The notes under the pieces: model-generated | Told to the model about the DNA's origin: nothing | Seen by the model: only the letters and a program-made list of their open reading frames with translations | Database searches by the model: none | Position numbers and translations under genes: made by a program | Shown here: piece after piece, positions 1-8,693 of the stretch | How positions within the stretch are numbered: the stretch's first letter is position 1 | How the letters are laid out: every line of letters begins with the position of its first letter | IMG/VR virus record: IMGVR_UViG_3300033475_001786 | Coordinates: 1 to 25,039 of that record | Source of the DNA: a virus | Lineage: Duplodnaviria > Caudoviricetes | Direction: 5' to 3' (one strand) | DNA length: 25,039 bases

Positions 1-453
1 TTATGCTGCCGGTTTGTATTCATGCTTGTAATACCATTCTAACAGATATACCCCATCGCCCCACGACAATTTGCCATCGGCAGCAACTTCGGCTACGAGT
101 ATGGCCAGGTTATGCAGAAAGGCGCTCTGTGGATCGCCTCCGATACCCTGCAGCACCTTTATGGCGCACGATGTAATATCCGCGGGATCGGTTAAACCGG
201 CGCAACTGTCGGCCAGTTTAAGTTCGGCCAGGATAGCGGGCAGTTTGGCGCGAAGCAGGTCCTTCACCCTGTCGTCAATGTCGCCCGGGATGATGGCCGT
301 TAAAACATCTGCCGCAGGCGAATCAGTGAATTTTTTGATATTCTCGGTTACCAATACACCTATTTTTATGGCGGTTTTTAGTTCGGAAGGGATACCTTCA
401 AATAGTCTCTTTACTTCAGCCCAGATTTTTGATAGAAATGATTTTAAGCTCAT
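1..453 (-). CDS. Hypothetical 150-aa protein at the end of the late operon, possibly lysis- or membrane-associated
   Basis: Complete ORF, co-directional with the cluster, A-rich ATG context; amphipathic N-terminal helix (SFLSKIWAEVKRLF); lies next to the holin-like gene. No family recognised. Confidence 0.6.
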   Translation of the reverse strand: MSLKSFLSKIWAEVKRLFEGIPSELKTAIKIGVLVTENIKKFTDSPAADVLTAIIPGDIDDRVKDLLRAKLPAILAELKLADSCAGLTDPADITSCAIKVLQGIGGDPQSAFLHNLAILVAEVAADGKLSWGDGVYLLEWYYKHEYKPAA

Positions 454-526
454 GTTGTTTAGTTAATGATTTATGGAATTATTGATTTATTGAATGGTTG
501 ACTTGCAGTATGTAATTGAATTTTGA

Positions 527-796
527 TCAGTTTTTTTGGCGGAACGCAACTGTTCTTTCGCTTTTGATCTCATCTACCTGTTGCTGAAGAATTGAAACCT
601 CACTTTCCAAAACTTTCAGCCGCAGATCGTTTACCCGTGCGTCAGCTTCCTGTTTTTGGCGGATGTCGTGAAGATCACTCCTTAGCTGGAAATAGGTTGT
701 CATTACCGATGCTACGATACTGGCTGTGCTTACGACGGTAACGATGATGTTTTTGAGCGTGATGCCTTTGAGCTCACGGTGTTCGATGGTTGTCAT
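527..796 (-). CDS. Putative holin-like small membrane protein (1 TM helix plus coiled coil)
   Basis: 89 aa; hydrophobic segment IIVTVVSTASIVASVMTTYF, then a heptad-rich coiled coil and basic C-terminus; lies downstream of the fibre genes. Confidence 0.5.
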   Translation of the reverse strand: MTTIEHRELKGITLKNIIVTVVSTASIVASVMTTYFQLRSDLHDIRQKQEADARVNDLRLKVLESEVSILQQQVDEIKSERTVAFRQKN

Positions 797-881
797 GATG
801 GGTAGTGATTAAGGATAACCTTACTTAAAGCTGATGTGGAAAAGAAGATGCTTATTAGATTTCGTTTTATATATTAGCCGT

Positions 882-1754
882 ATGTTCAAAAGACTTCGCA
901 ACAGTTTTGCCTTTAGATTTCCTGTTTTGTTTTACAAAAATTTGTTAACTTATTTTTCGTCGGTCAACCCAATTAACAAACCTTTAGCATCATTTAATTA
1001 TGTGATCTTGTGTGGGTCAAGGCATTACCCTTTTTTGAAGCAAGTGTTAGGATCAATCCAAAAGCATTTTGAATTAATTCCCCATCTCTATGTTTTTACT
1101 GATTTTGGATTTCCAGATAGCAAATTACTAGACATAAAAGCCATTTACCCCGCGGAAAAGTTGACAATAATCTCTGCGGAAGAATGTTTGCAGTATTATC
1201 AAAAAAAAGGTAACGCTCTTATAAAGGAATTTGCTTCTAAAAATCCTATGGGATTAAAAATGGCGGCGGTAATGCAGGTCTTGGATTTGGGATTGCCGGT
1301 GCTGTATACAGACACAGATGTTTTATGGTTAAAAAACCCAATCAATGATATCAATTCATTAATTGAAAACGAACTAAATATTAATATGTCTTTTGATTAT
1401 CAAGCAGGCTATGACCTAAACTTAATTGAAAAAGCCAAATTAGACATAGTACTTAATCAGCCATATTATTGTGCTGGTATAATGCTTATTAATTATTTGA
1501 CTGAAGATCAAAAAACGGCAATTAATGAAATTTTGCCAGTGGCTATTTTGGAGTCAGGTCATTTGACTGAACAAACTATATTTGCTTACTTACAAAAACT
1601 CACGGGCTTATCAAAGATGTCAGAAGAAAAATATCTGCTATTTTATTCAGATCAATTTGATATTAGGCCTTCTTTTCCACCAAGCGGTCTTGCTAGACAT
1701 TATATCGGCCCTGTAAGGCATTTATTTTGGCGAGATGCTTTTTTTAACAATTAG
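882..1754 (+). CDS. GT-A fold glycosyltransferase (nucleotide-diphospho-sugar transferase/GT8-like)
   Basis: DxD motif in VLYTDTDVLWLK, YCAGIMLI segment, TEQT motif and C-terminal HYIG. ATG at 882 preferred over the ORF-track start at 834. AT-rich. Confidence 0.75.
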   Translation: MFKRLRNSFAFRFPVLFYKNLLTYFSSVNPINKPLASFNYVILCGSRHYPFLKQVLGSIQKHFELIPHLYVFTDFGFPDSKLLDIKAIYPAEKLTIISAEECLQYYQKKGNALIKEFASKNPMGLKMAAVMQVLDLGLPVLYTDTDVLWLKNPINDINSLIENELNINMSFDYQAGYDLNLIEKAKLDIVLNQPYYCAGIMLINYLTEDQKTAINEILPVAILESGHLTEQTIFAYLQKLTGLSKMSEEKYLLFYSDQFDIRPSFPPSGLARHYIGPVRHLFWRDAFFNN

Positions 1755-1772
1755 CCACATAGTCATTTTCAC

Positions 1773-3002
1773 TTGATGCAAGCGCCGAGAATTTTTAATC
1801 AAAATATTGAAATTCTAAGAGGGTTTGCTGCATTAATTGTCTTGATCAGCCACATAATATTTCATAATAATTATTTTAATCCTACTTACTTCCCGATATC
1901 TGGTTTACAGGGGTTCGATTCGCCGGCTCATTTCGCAGTGTTAATTTTTTTTCTATTGTCCGGATACGTTATTGGAATTAATCACAAAGAACCTTTAGTA
2001 GTATCGAGTATAGTTCTCTATTTAAAAAAAAGATTCGTTAGAATTTACCCAATTTATCTGGTAGCTATTATTTTGACTCTTTGCGTGGCTACTAATAAAA
2101 TTCCTGTTCCAATAGTTTTTTCGAATTTAACGCTTACCCAAAATATAGCGTATCCGGTGATTTGGGAAAATAATCCAGCTTGGTCTTTAAACTATGAAGC
2201 CTTATTTTATTTATTATTCATCCCTATTTCTTATTTTAAAATCAAACCTGCTTTAGCTTTTTTTTTCTTTTTGATTATTGGCATTTTCAATACTTACTTC
2301 CCAGTAAGCCAAATAGTAAGCGCTTACTGTTTCGGGTATTGCTTTTGGTTGGCAGGCTTATATGTCGCGTGGAATTTAAACGGGCCTGTAAAACAACGTC
2401 ATTTGTCCCCGATGTTATTTTATATTCTCGGCATAGGATACACGTTGCCATATCGCGGCTACATTATTTTATTATTAGAACGATTTAGATCTCCAATAAT
2501 GTTAAATGGGAAGTTTTGGTCGCAAATAATTGTTAATGCAAATGACTTATTACTCCTCCCTTATTGCTTTTTTTGTGTTCTTTTTTTTGCAGGCAGAGAT
2601 TTAAAGTATAAAAGAATTTTCTTTTTATTTCTACAGTTTTTACCAATTTATCTACTTTACGTATATGTTAAAAATGGCAATTTTGAAACGCGGTTTTATT
2701 TAGGAATTATTTTTTATGCAATAAGTATTATCGCTTTATTTATTAAATCGGATGAGTGGGTTATTAAAAAAATAGGGATGTGGTTAGGAAACATTTCTTA
2801 CGGGATTTATATCATCCATTTTCCGCTTTTAATTTTATTTGGTCAATTAAGTTTTTTGGGGAATGGTCCATTTAGCTATGCAGCTAAAGTAATTCTCTAT
2901 ATTTCTTCAACTTTTCTTATATCATGGACTTTAGAGAAAAAATTACAGCCAAAAATCAAACGACTTTTCTTTAGACGCCTTGATCTGAAAATATCAAAAT
3001 GA
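1773..3002 (+). CDS. Membrane-bound O-acyltransferase, acyltransferase_3 (OafA/YrhL) family
   Basis: Family motifs LRGFAALIVLISH, FFLLSGYVI, KRFVRIYPIY, WSLNYEALFY, LGNISYGIYIIHFP and LEKKL; many TM segments. Start is 1773 (TTG) or 1776 (ATG). Confidence 0.92.
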   Translation: MMQAPRIFNQNIEILRGFAALIVLISHIIFHNNYFNPTYFPISGLQGFDSPAHFAVLIFFLLSGYVIGINHKEPLVVSSIVLYLKKRFVRIYPIYLVAIILTLCVATNKIPVPIVFSNLTLTQNIAYPVIWENNPAWSLNYEALFYLLFIPISYFKIKPALAFFFFLIIGIFNTYFPVSQIVSAYCFGYCFWLAGLYVAWNLNGPVKQRHLSPMLFYILGIGYTLPYRGYIILLLERFRSPIMLNGKFWSQIIVNANDLLLLPYCFFCVLFFAGRDLKYKRIFFLFLQFLPIYLLYVYVKNGNFETRFYLGIIFYAISIIALFIKSDEWVIKKIGMWLGNISYGIYIIHFPLLILFGQLSFLGNGPFSYAAKVILYISSTFLISWTLEKKLQPKIKRLFFRRLDLKISK

Positions 3003-3791
3003 TTTTAAAACGTAGTTGCCTGAGGCTGGATTCGTATCCATATTAAATGGCAATGCATGATGATTTAGTCCGCTAAAATCTCTAATGCCAAGGCGAAGAT
3101 CGCTTCCATCTTGTAGAGCCGAAAAATCTAACATTTCGAATTTCTCGAATTTTAGCCAAACCAATAGACTTTCTGTCTCAAATGGATTATTTCCTATTCC
3201 TGCATTATAATTGGTGAGAAATTGTTCATTGGTTATGATTTTGTTATATAATCTAAACTCATCGATTGCCGCATTACTATTCTGGGTGGTATAAGTCCCT
3301 GGAGTAAAAAACTCAAATAATTGAATATTTGCTCCAGTTGATGAAAGTAGGTTTGATTTATTAATGTAACTGGGTATGGCGCTGGGGCTATAGAAAGAAG
3401 TGTCACCAGTCGCCATATTAAATGAGTGCGCTATAGCTCCTAGTCTTGTGTCGGACGATAAAGTATATGCTAATCCCGCACCTTGATCGGCTATATCAGA
3501 GCTAATTGTCAATGGAGAATTCGACCTTGAAATCATAATATTTTGTCCACCGACAGTTGCTAATCTAAATATCCCGCCTAAATCATTCACCGGGTCGGGA
3601 AATTTGACCCAGAATTCGACGGTGAACTGGTCGGGGATGGGTTTGCCTATCAGTCCTGGTACGGTCAGGTAATCGTCCACTCCGTCGGGAAATATGCCGT
3701 TATCAAACCCAAACGGTGCAGGCAGCGCCCTGCCGTGGCCCACGCCTTTGGGGCTTCGTATTTTGGGGTTTAAGCCGTTTCGTGATGCCAT
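2994..3791 (-). CDS. LamG/concanavalin A-like jelly-roll protein, candidate receptor-binding tail component
   Basis: FPDGVDDYL, FTVEFWVK and IDEFRLYNK are LamG-3-like motifs; lies directly downstream of the fibre genes. Confidence 0.75.
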   Translation of the reverse strand: MASRNGLNPKIRSPKGVGHGRALPAPFGFDNGIFPDGVDDYLTVPGLIGKPIPDQFTVEFWVKFPDPVNDLGGIFRLATVGGQNIMISRSNSPLTISSDIADQGAGLAYTLSSDTRLGAIAHSFNMATGDTSFYSPSAIPSYINKSNLLSSTGANIQLFEFFTPGTYTTQNSNAAIDEFRLYNKIITNEQFLTNYNAGIGNNPFETESLLVWLKFEKFEMLDFSALQDGSDLRLGIRDFSGLNHHALPFNMDTNPASGNYVLKSF

Positions 3792-3793
3792 AA

Positions 3794-4228
3794 TTATGCT
3801 GCGTATGATCCGCCCGATGTGGTTACGGTAATGGTTTCGCCTGATGAAAGTGCCGATAGCATAGCCATTTCCAGGTTCATGTTCAGGTTAAGGTCGATGA
3901 AAGGATTGCCGTCGCTGTCTATCTGCAGCCAGGGCAGGTTACCCCTGTTCAAGCCGGATACTATTGCAACAGACCCGTTAGTTCCGGCACCTGCCGGAAC
4001 AGTGATAACACCCAGCGGTGCAATTTCGCCGCTGACGGAATTGTGCAACTGCAGCAAAACGTAGTGCTGCGTGGCCGCCGTAGACGAAACAGCCATGAAA
4101 TTGATGCGGCTGGCCGGGTCGGCCGGGGCATAGATCTGTTTTGCGGTAGTACTGTCGGTATTGGTGAAGGATACCGGGCGCACACCGACGCCTTTTGTAA
4201 AGGCGACTATTTGATTATAATCAGACAT
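3794..4228 (-). CDS. Putative small virion/tail-fibre-associated beta protein
   Basis: 144 aa, rich in S/T/G/A with beta-strand patterning; 2-bp gap to the LamG gene. Confidence 0.55.
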   Translation of the reverse strand: MSDYNQIVAFTKGVGVRPVSFTNTDSTTAKQIYAPADPASRINFMAVSSTAATQHYVLLQLHNSVSGEIAPLGVITVPAGAGTNGSVAIVSGLNRGNLPWLQIDSDGNPFIDLNLNMNLEMAMLSALSSGETITVTTSGGSYAA

Positions 4229-4297
4229 GGGGGAATAATTATTGAATTATTGATTGGTTGAATTATTGAATTTCAGTCCGCGGACTTCGGAAGACGG

Positions 4298-5596
4298 TTA
4301 AGAATAATTAGTTTTCTTAAATATTTTGAGGATGACGTTATCCTGGTTAAGGGCAGCCACGTTTTCGGAAACCTCGTTAATGGCGCCTACCAGGTTGTTT
4401 TTGTTACCGGTAAGCAACGCGGTTTTATCGCCAACCACATCCACAAAAACTGCCTGGGTAACATAGTCGGCGCCGGGCGCCCCGCTTACCGAACTGCCGG
4501 TGGGTGTTACAAGCGCAAACCCTATCTCGATGGAATTGGCAGGCAATGATGGTTTTACCGGGTTAGGCGAGGCTGTTCCGGTAAGCGCCGAAACGGTGTT
4601 TGCATCATCGGCATATATCAGGTCTATGCGGGCATCGGTAATATCAGCGGTATCCAGCGTAAGGCTGGTGGCGGATGTGGTTTGATAGCTTACGCCGGCA
4701 ATGCGCCACTGCCCCGCTGTTACGCTTACCGATAAATCGGTGATAGAAACGCTGAGCCCTGTTATGATGCCATCCGGAGCTATTGCACCGGTTGCCGGCG
4801 GGTCTATCCATTCAGTATCAAAGTCGGCGCCGCTTTGCTTGGATAGTACCTGTCCTGCAGTGCCGCCTGTAGCTACTCCAGGTCCGGCGGAACCCGCGTC
4901 GCCGGCAGGACCGTCATCACCTGTGTCTCCCTTCGGGCCGGCAGGACCCGTGGCGCCATCTGCGCCAACCATACTTACGCCTGCCGGCCAAACGCCCCCG
5001 GCTTTTGGGCCGAAGAATGTGAAGGTATTGGTATTGATATAGAAATCGCCATCGGTACCGGTTGACAGGTTAGAAGGATTGGTTGTGCCATGCAGCACAG
5101 TTTTACCATCGGCACCGTTTGTGCCATTGGCGCCATTTGTTCCGGGAGGGCCCTGCGGGCCCGTTTGCATGGAAAATACCTGGCTCCACGCACCACCTGT
5201 TTTTTGGTAAAAGATACCCGTGCCGGTGTTAATATAGGTATCGTTATTACTGCCGCTCGATGATGAAGGTACGCCTAAACCGTACAATACGGTGCCATCG
5301 GCCGTGCCGCCTGAAGCAGGCAGGGCATAAGCTACCGCCCAGGCGCCGGAAACTTTTTGTGCAAAACTGCCTGCCGAAGTATTAACAAATACATCGCCGT
5401 TTTTGCCAACCGTATTTTGCGGCAGGGTGCCACCAAAAGAAACGTGCGCGCCCATATCCAGGTTGGAGCCAATAAATTCCAGCAAGGTTGATAAGGCGTA
5501 CTGGTAATCGCTGCCCCCGCTAACCAGTACTGAAAGATCGGACCCGCTGAGGGTTGATGCTACCGGTAATTCGCTTATTTTTTTATCTGTCGGCAT
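4298..5596 (-). CDS. Tail fibre protein with collagen-like Gly-X-Y repeats
   Basis: N-terminal DKKISELP motif; three G..P....G.(N/D)GD.(Y/F)(I/V)NT....F..K..G.W modules; GPQGPPGTNGANGTNGADG and GADGATGPAGPKGDTGDDGPAGDAG; C-terminal KNNLVGAINEV motif. ATG overlaps the upstream TAA (TAATG). Confidence 0.85.
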   Translation of the reverse strand: MPTDKKISELPVASTLSGSDLSVLVSGGSDYQYALSTLLEFIGSNLDMGAHVSFGGTLPQNTVGKNGDVFVNTSAGSFAQKVSGAWAVAYALPASGGTADGTVLYGLGVPSSSSGSNNDTYINTGTGIFYQKTGGAWSQVFSMQTGPQGPPGTNGANGTNGADGKTVLHGTTNPSNLSTGTDGDFYINTNTFTFFGPKAGGVWPAGVSMVGADGATGPAGPKGDTGDDGPAGDAGSAGPGVATGGTAGQVLSKQSGADFDTEWIDPPATGAIAPDGIITGLSVSITDLSVSVTAGQWRIAGVSYQTTSATSLTLDTADITDARIDLIYADDANTVSALTGTASPNPVKPSLPANSIEIGFALVTPTGSSVSGAPGADYVTQAVFVDVVGDKTALLTGNKNNLVGAINEVSENVAALNQDNVILKIFKKTNYS

Positions 5597-6219
5597 TAAT
5601 TTAATAATTGGTCGAGTGGTAAATAATTGCCGGCGTAATCATCGCCGGGATAGTTGAAGGCAGTTTTATCTACGCTGCGAATGCGCGGCCCTGCCTGACG
5701 GCTGCCCCTGTTTTTGGGGTTGTAATTCCATAAAGGGAAGTCGGCCTTGTTGTCGCGCAGAAATTTCTCCACCTCGTTGGCATGGGCGTTGGCTACGCTT
5801 CGGTGCTGCTGAACCAGTTTGGCTACATCCTGCGGTGAAAGGGCATCGGCGTTATCATGGTGTTTGATCACCGGCCCTGTGGCTGTATAATGTACCGCAT
5901 CGGCTTCGATAAAACGGGCAAAGGTGAAATATACCAGCATGGGCAGGATGCCTTCATACAGGATAACGTGGCCGTAGCGGTCGAGATATTCGCTGCCGTT
6001 CAGCAGGTCCTTATAAGGTTGCGGCGTTTCGTCCTTCAGCGAGCCGTCGGTATTGAAATACTGGATAAAGTCATAATAAAGCGCGTGGCCCAGAAATGGT
6101 TTCAGGTCGAGTTCCTGCGCTTTTTTGACAAAGAATTTGATCCGGTCGGACTTAACGTTTACGGACAGGTCCTCATAATTTTGGAATGTGATCTGGTCGA
6201 TCAGGTATGGCGTGTTCAT
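5596..6219 (-). CDS. Putative head-tail adaptor/connector (DUF6712-like)
   Basis: 207 aa, helical, with AQELDLKPFLGHALY motif resembling Bacteroidota phage proteins encoded after the portal; positional inference. Confidence 0.6.
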   Translation of the reverse strand: MNTPYLIDQITFQNYEDLSVNVKSDRIKFFVKKAQELDLKPFLGHALYYDFIQYFNTDGSLKDETPQPYKDLLNGSEYLDRYGHVILYEGILPMLVYFTFARFIEADAVHYTATGPVIKHHDNADALSPQDVAKLVQQHRSVANAHANEVEKFLRDNKADFPLWNYNPKNRGSRQAGPRIRSVDKTAFNYPGDDYAGNYLPLDQLLN

Positions 6220-6231
6220 TGTATGTTAGTT

Positions 6232-6324
6232 AATGGTTGATGGATCATAGTTCATAGCAGACAGATGGTTCACAACCTGATTTGCTATGAACCCAGCCTG
6301 CGGCAGGCTGGCATGAGCTATCGG
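6232..6324. repeat. Degenerate 7-mer repeats with inverted repeat plus GC-rich palindrome, 3' of the portal gene
   Basis: GTTCATAGCA (6250-6259) pairs with TGCTATGAAC (6283-6292); CCAGCCTGC-G-GCAGGCTGG at 6293-6311. Confidence 0.75.
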
Positions 6325-7614
6325 CTATTTGCTAGCCGCCATCGCTTCCGCTTCGGTTTGTTTAAAGCCGTAGGCGTGTACCAGGGTGGCAATCTTGCTG
6401 GCCGGTGGCATGTTGGACAGCAATAATTGATTGATGCTATTGCCTGCGGTCATTCCCGCGTTATCATCCGCGACGGTTGTTGGAACGGGTTGAATGGCCC
6501 AGTTTCCTGAGGGGTTTAGGCTGATATAAAAATTGCCAAATATTTCCGCAAAGGCTTCAGATAGTTCCAGCCTGTCAGGGGCGGTGTTATCGTTAAATTC
6601 CCGAATGGCCTCCTTCTTTTCGCCGCCGTTACTTAGCCCGGATGACCTTTCAGCGTTGATCAGCTCCTTGGGTATGGAAAAGCCTTTTATAATACGAGCT
6701 TCGACTGATCTTTCGGTAGTTTCAAAAAGCTTATCGTTGTTTTGGATAGAATAAGGCTGAAACTGCGGTTTGGAGTTTTCATCATCATACTCTATTACGA
6801 TGATCTTTTGAGCGCTTTTCGCTCCCTGGAAAATCCCCAGGTCGCGCTCCAGTTGGGATGGTATATTGGAGTAATGCTGCTCGTCGCTGTCCGGCCTGCT
6901 GTTATCAGCTTCTTCCCGGCGGCTTTGCATAAAAAGCATCGTCGAAGGAAGGAATCCGGTTGTCACCTCGCGGTTGTTGAATATCTTGATGCCGGCTTCG
7001 GTCTCAAAATCTTCCCAAACGCTGTCAGCTTCTATCAGCGGGTAATCACCAACTTCGGGATTGAAATAATATAGCTGGCCCTTGTACTTTTCCCAACCGC
7101 CCGCATCAATTACCTGTTGCTTAATTGCGGCAGGGTCTGGGTTGTACTTATCCAAAAAAATGATCTTGCTGCGCGTGATGTTTTTCCAGGTTTTGCGGCC
7201 CCAATCCGGATAAAGCGCAAATTTGCCGGCAGTATCCGGGCTGTCCGTATCGCCCAGGCGGATGTCCTCGAACCTGACATAATTAACTGATGCAACCCTG
7301 TAGTTAGCATTATAATTGATATGGATGCCGAACCCGGTAAACAGCGCCTTATCGGTTGCTATAGCTTTCAGTAATTTTGCTAATGTGAGTCCGTGGGCAT
7401 TAATTATTTGTTTGCCCAATTCCTCGTGTTCAAAACCATTGCCACCTATGAATTTTGCCCTTTTGTTCCAGCAGTCTTTTGCCGTTGGCGATGATGATAC
7501 CAGTTCGAGCATGCGCTGCGGGTAGGCATTATCCATATCATAGTTTAGTATTCCGAAGGTTTGGTTAGGACGTACTAAAATGCGGCGTTCAATTTGTGGC
7601 AGATAGGTCTTCAT
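6325..7614 (-). CDS. Phage portal protein
   Basis: 429 aa; YDMDNAYPQ, AKFIGGNGF, GFLPSTML and the IIKGFSIP..L...SSGLSNG segment resemble Bacteroidota phage portals; size fits. Confidence 0.8.
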   Translation of the reverse strand: MKTYLPQIERRILVRPNQTFGILNYDMDNAYPQRMLELVSSSPTAKDCWNKRAKFIGGNGFEHEELGKQIINAHGLTLAKLLKAIATDKALFTGFGIHINYNANYRVASVNYVRFEDIRLGDTDSPDTAGKFALYPDWGRKTWKNITRSKIIFLDKYNPDPAAIKQQVIDAGGWEKYKGQLYYFNPEVGDYPLIEADSVWEDFETEAGIKIFNNREVTTGFLPSTMLFMQSRREEADNSRPDSDEQHYSNIPSQLERDLGIFQGAKSAQKIIVIEYDDENSKPQFQPYSIQNNDKLFETTERSVEARIIKGFSIPKELINAERSSGLSNGGEKKEAIREFNDNTAPDRLELSEAFAEIFGNFYISLNPSGNWAIQPVPTTVADDNAGMTAGNSINQLLLSNMPPASKIATLVHAYGFKQTEAEAMAASK

Positions 7615-7909
7615 TATTATTTTCTTTGGTTACACCGGTTTCTTTTTGGCTGATTTCACCGATTTGGTTGTTTGTGATTACACCGATTTCTGCCGGTGAT
7701 TTCACCGATTCAGAGGGTGGGTTACCTTGTGCGGTTGATGATTGGAAAGGCTGACGGCACCGGATAAACAGGCTTTTGATGTGAGGATATCTATCCAGGT
7801 ACCATTCGGCTTCAGCATCGGTCAGGTTTTCGTCGGTATGTACCGCAGGTGATTTTGGCGCGAACTGGTGTTTGCCAGGTTTAAGAATGTATTTCTTTTT
7901 GTTAGTCAT
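7589..7909 (-). CDS. Small hypothetical phage protein; C-terminal half encoded by a DNA repeat array
   Basis: Protein-like N-terminal ~50 aa (ENLTDAEAEWYLDRYPHIKSLF); overlaps the portal start by 26 bp. Confidence 0.6.
   Translation of the reverse strand: MTNKKKYILKPGKHQFAPKSPAVHTDENLTDAEAEWYLDRYPHIKSLFIRCRQPFQSSTAQGNPPSESVKSPAEIGVITNNQIGEISQKETGVTKENNNEDLSATN
7628..7710. repeat. Four copies of GATT(T/A)CACCGATT-like motif
   Basis: Copies start at 7628 (degenerate, GGTTACACCGGTT), 7652, 7676 and 7698; spacing 24, 24, 22. The same motif occurs at 11214 and 11401 (GATTGCACCGATT). Confidence 0.85.
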
Positions 7910-7993
7910 TGGTCATTAGTCATTTGGTCATTGATTTTTGTTTTTTAATTGATCATTAGCCCTTTAATGACTAATGACCTTTTGACTAATGAT
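7902..7993. repeat. Degenerate 7-mer tandem repeats (GTCATTG/GTCATTA) arranged as inverted arms
   Basis: ttagtcattggtcattagtcatttggtcattg on the left; complementary taatgactaatgacc...tgactaatga on the right. Confidence 0.85.
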
Positions 7994-8577
7994 TATGCTA
8001 CCAGTGCTTCCAGGGCCGCAATAGTGCTGGTATAAGTAGCCGAACCGCTTTCAGGTGCGATAGAGACCGCGCGCGGGGGATAGGGCTCCCTCAGTTTATC
8101 AGGATTGGTTAATTTTAATTTGTACCCGCCGTCCAGCGTTTCGTCAGCTGCATTGCGCTCAGCATCGGTAAGGATCAGGCCGTTTACGGCGCCGAACAGT
8201 TCGACCGCCGAATCGCTGGAATTATAGTTATTGATCGCGATCGCTCTTACGCGACCGTATCCCATGGCCATCAGTTGCGCTTTGATATCGACAGAGAAAC
8301 CGGCGATATTAAAGTCGATCTCCTCGGTGTAACGCGGGCCAACCTGTGTTTTTGCCAGTTTCGACATGGTGTTGAAGCTGTTGTTAGTGCCTTCGAACTT
8401 GTAAACTTTGGCGCTGCTTACAGCAGTGAGGCTTGTGATGATAAGGGGATTGGTGGGATCGTAAGTTAGGGTGATATCATCCTGGTTAAAGATGTAAATA
8501 ACATCCTCGATGCCCGCAGTAACAGGACTGCCGGTGCCCAGGCTGAAGCCTGCGGCTATTTTATTGTAGATTGACAT
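7993..8577 (-). CDS. Putative major tail (tube) protein
   Basis: 194 aa, beta-rich, GIEDVIYIFN and KVYKFEG..NS motifs; follows the capsid gene; no sheath gene is present. Confidence 0.65.
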   Translation of the reverse strand: MSIYNKIAAGFSLGTGSPVTAGIEDVIYIFNQDDITLTYDPTNPLIITSLTAVSSAKVYKFEGTNNSFNTMSKLAKTQVGPRYTEEIDFNIAGFSVDIKAQLMAMGYGRVRAIAINNYNSSDSAVELFGAVNGLILTDAERNAADETLDGGYKLKLTNPDKLREPYPPRAVSIAPESGSATYTSTIAALEALVA

Positions 8578-8693
8578 GGATTGATTGTTGATTTAAATAA
8601 TTATTGAATTATTGATTGTTTGGTTATCGAATTATTGGATTATGAATCGTTTGAATTCAATAAATCAATAAGTCAATAACTCAGTTATTGCGC
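8578..8693. repeat. Degenerate 8-mer tandem repeats (ATTGAATT/ATTGATT) with an inverted arm
   Basis: ttattgaattattgattg...gaattattgg versus ttcaataaatcaataagtcaataac. The same unit occurs at 476-526 and 4233-4274. Confidence 0.8.

Noticed and set aside
2994-5596. Diversity-generating retroelement or invertible fibre cassette
   Set aside because: No reverse transcriptase, invertase or template/variable repeat pair was seen by eye.
6293-6311. GC palindrome as an intrinsic terminator
   Set aside because: No U-tract on either side and it lies mid-operon; recorded as a repeat element instead.
7628-7710. Regularly spaced repeats as a mini CRISPR array
   Set aside because: Units of ~13 nt with ~10 nt spacers are far too short, and no cas genes are present.
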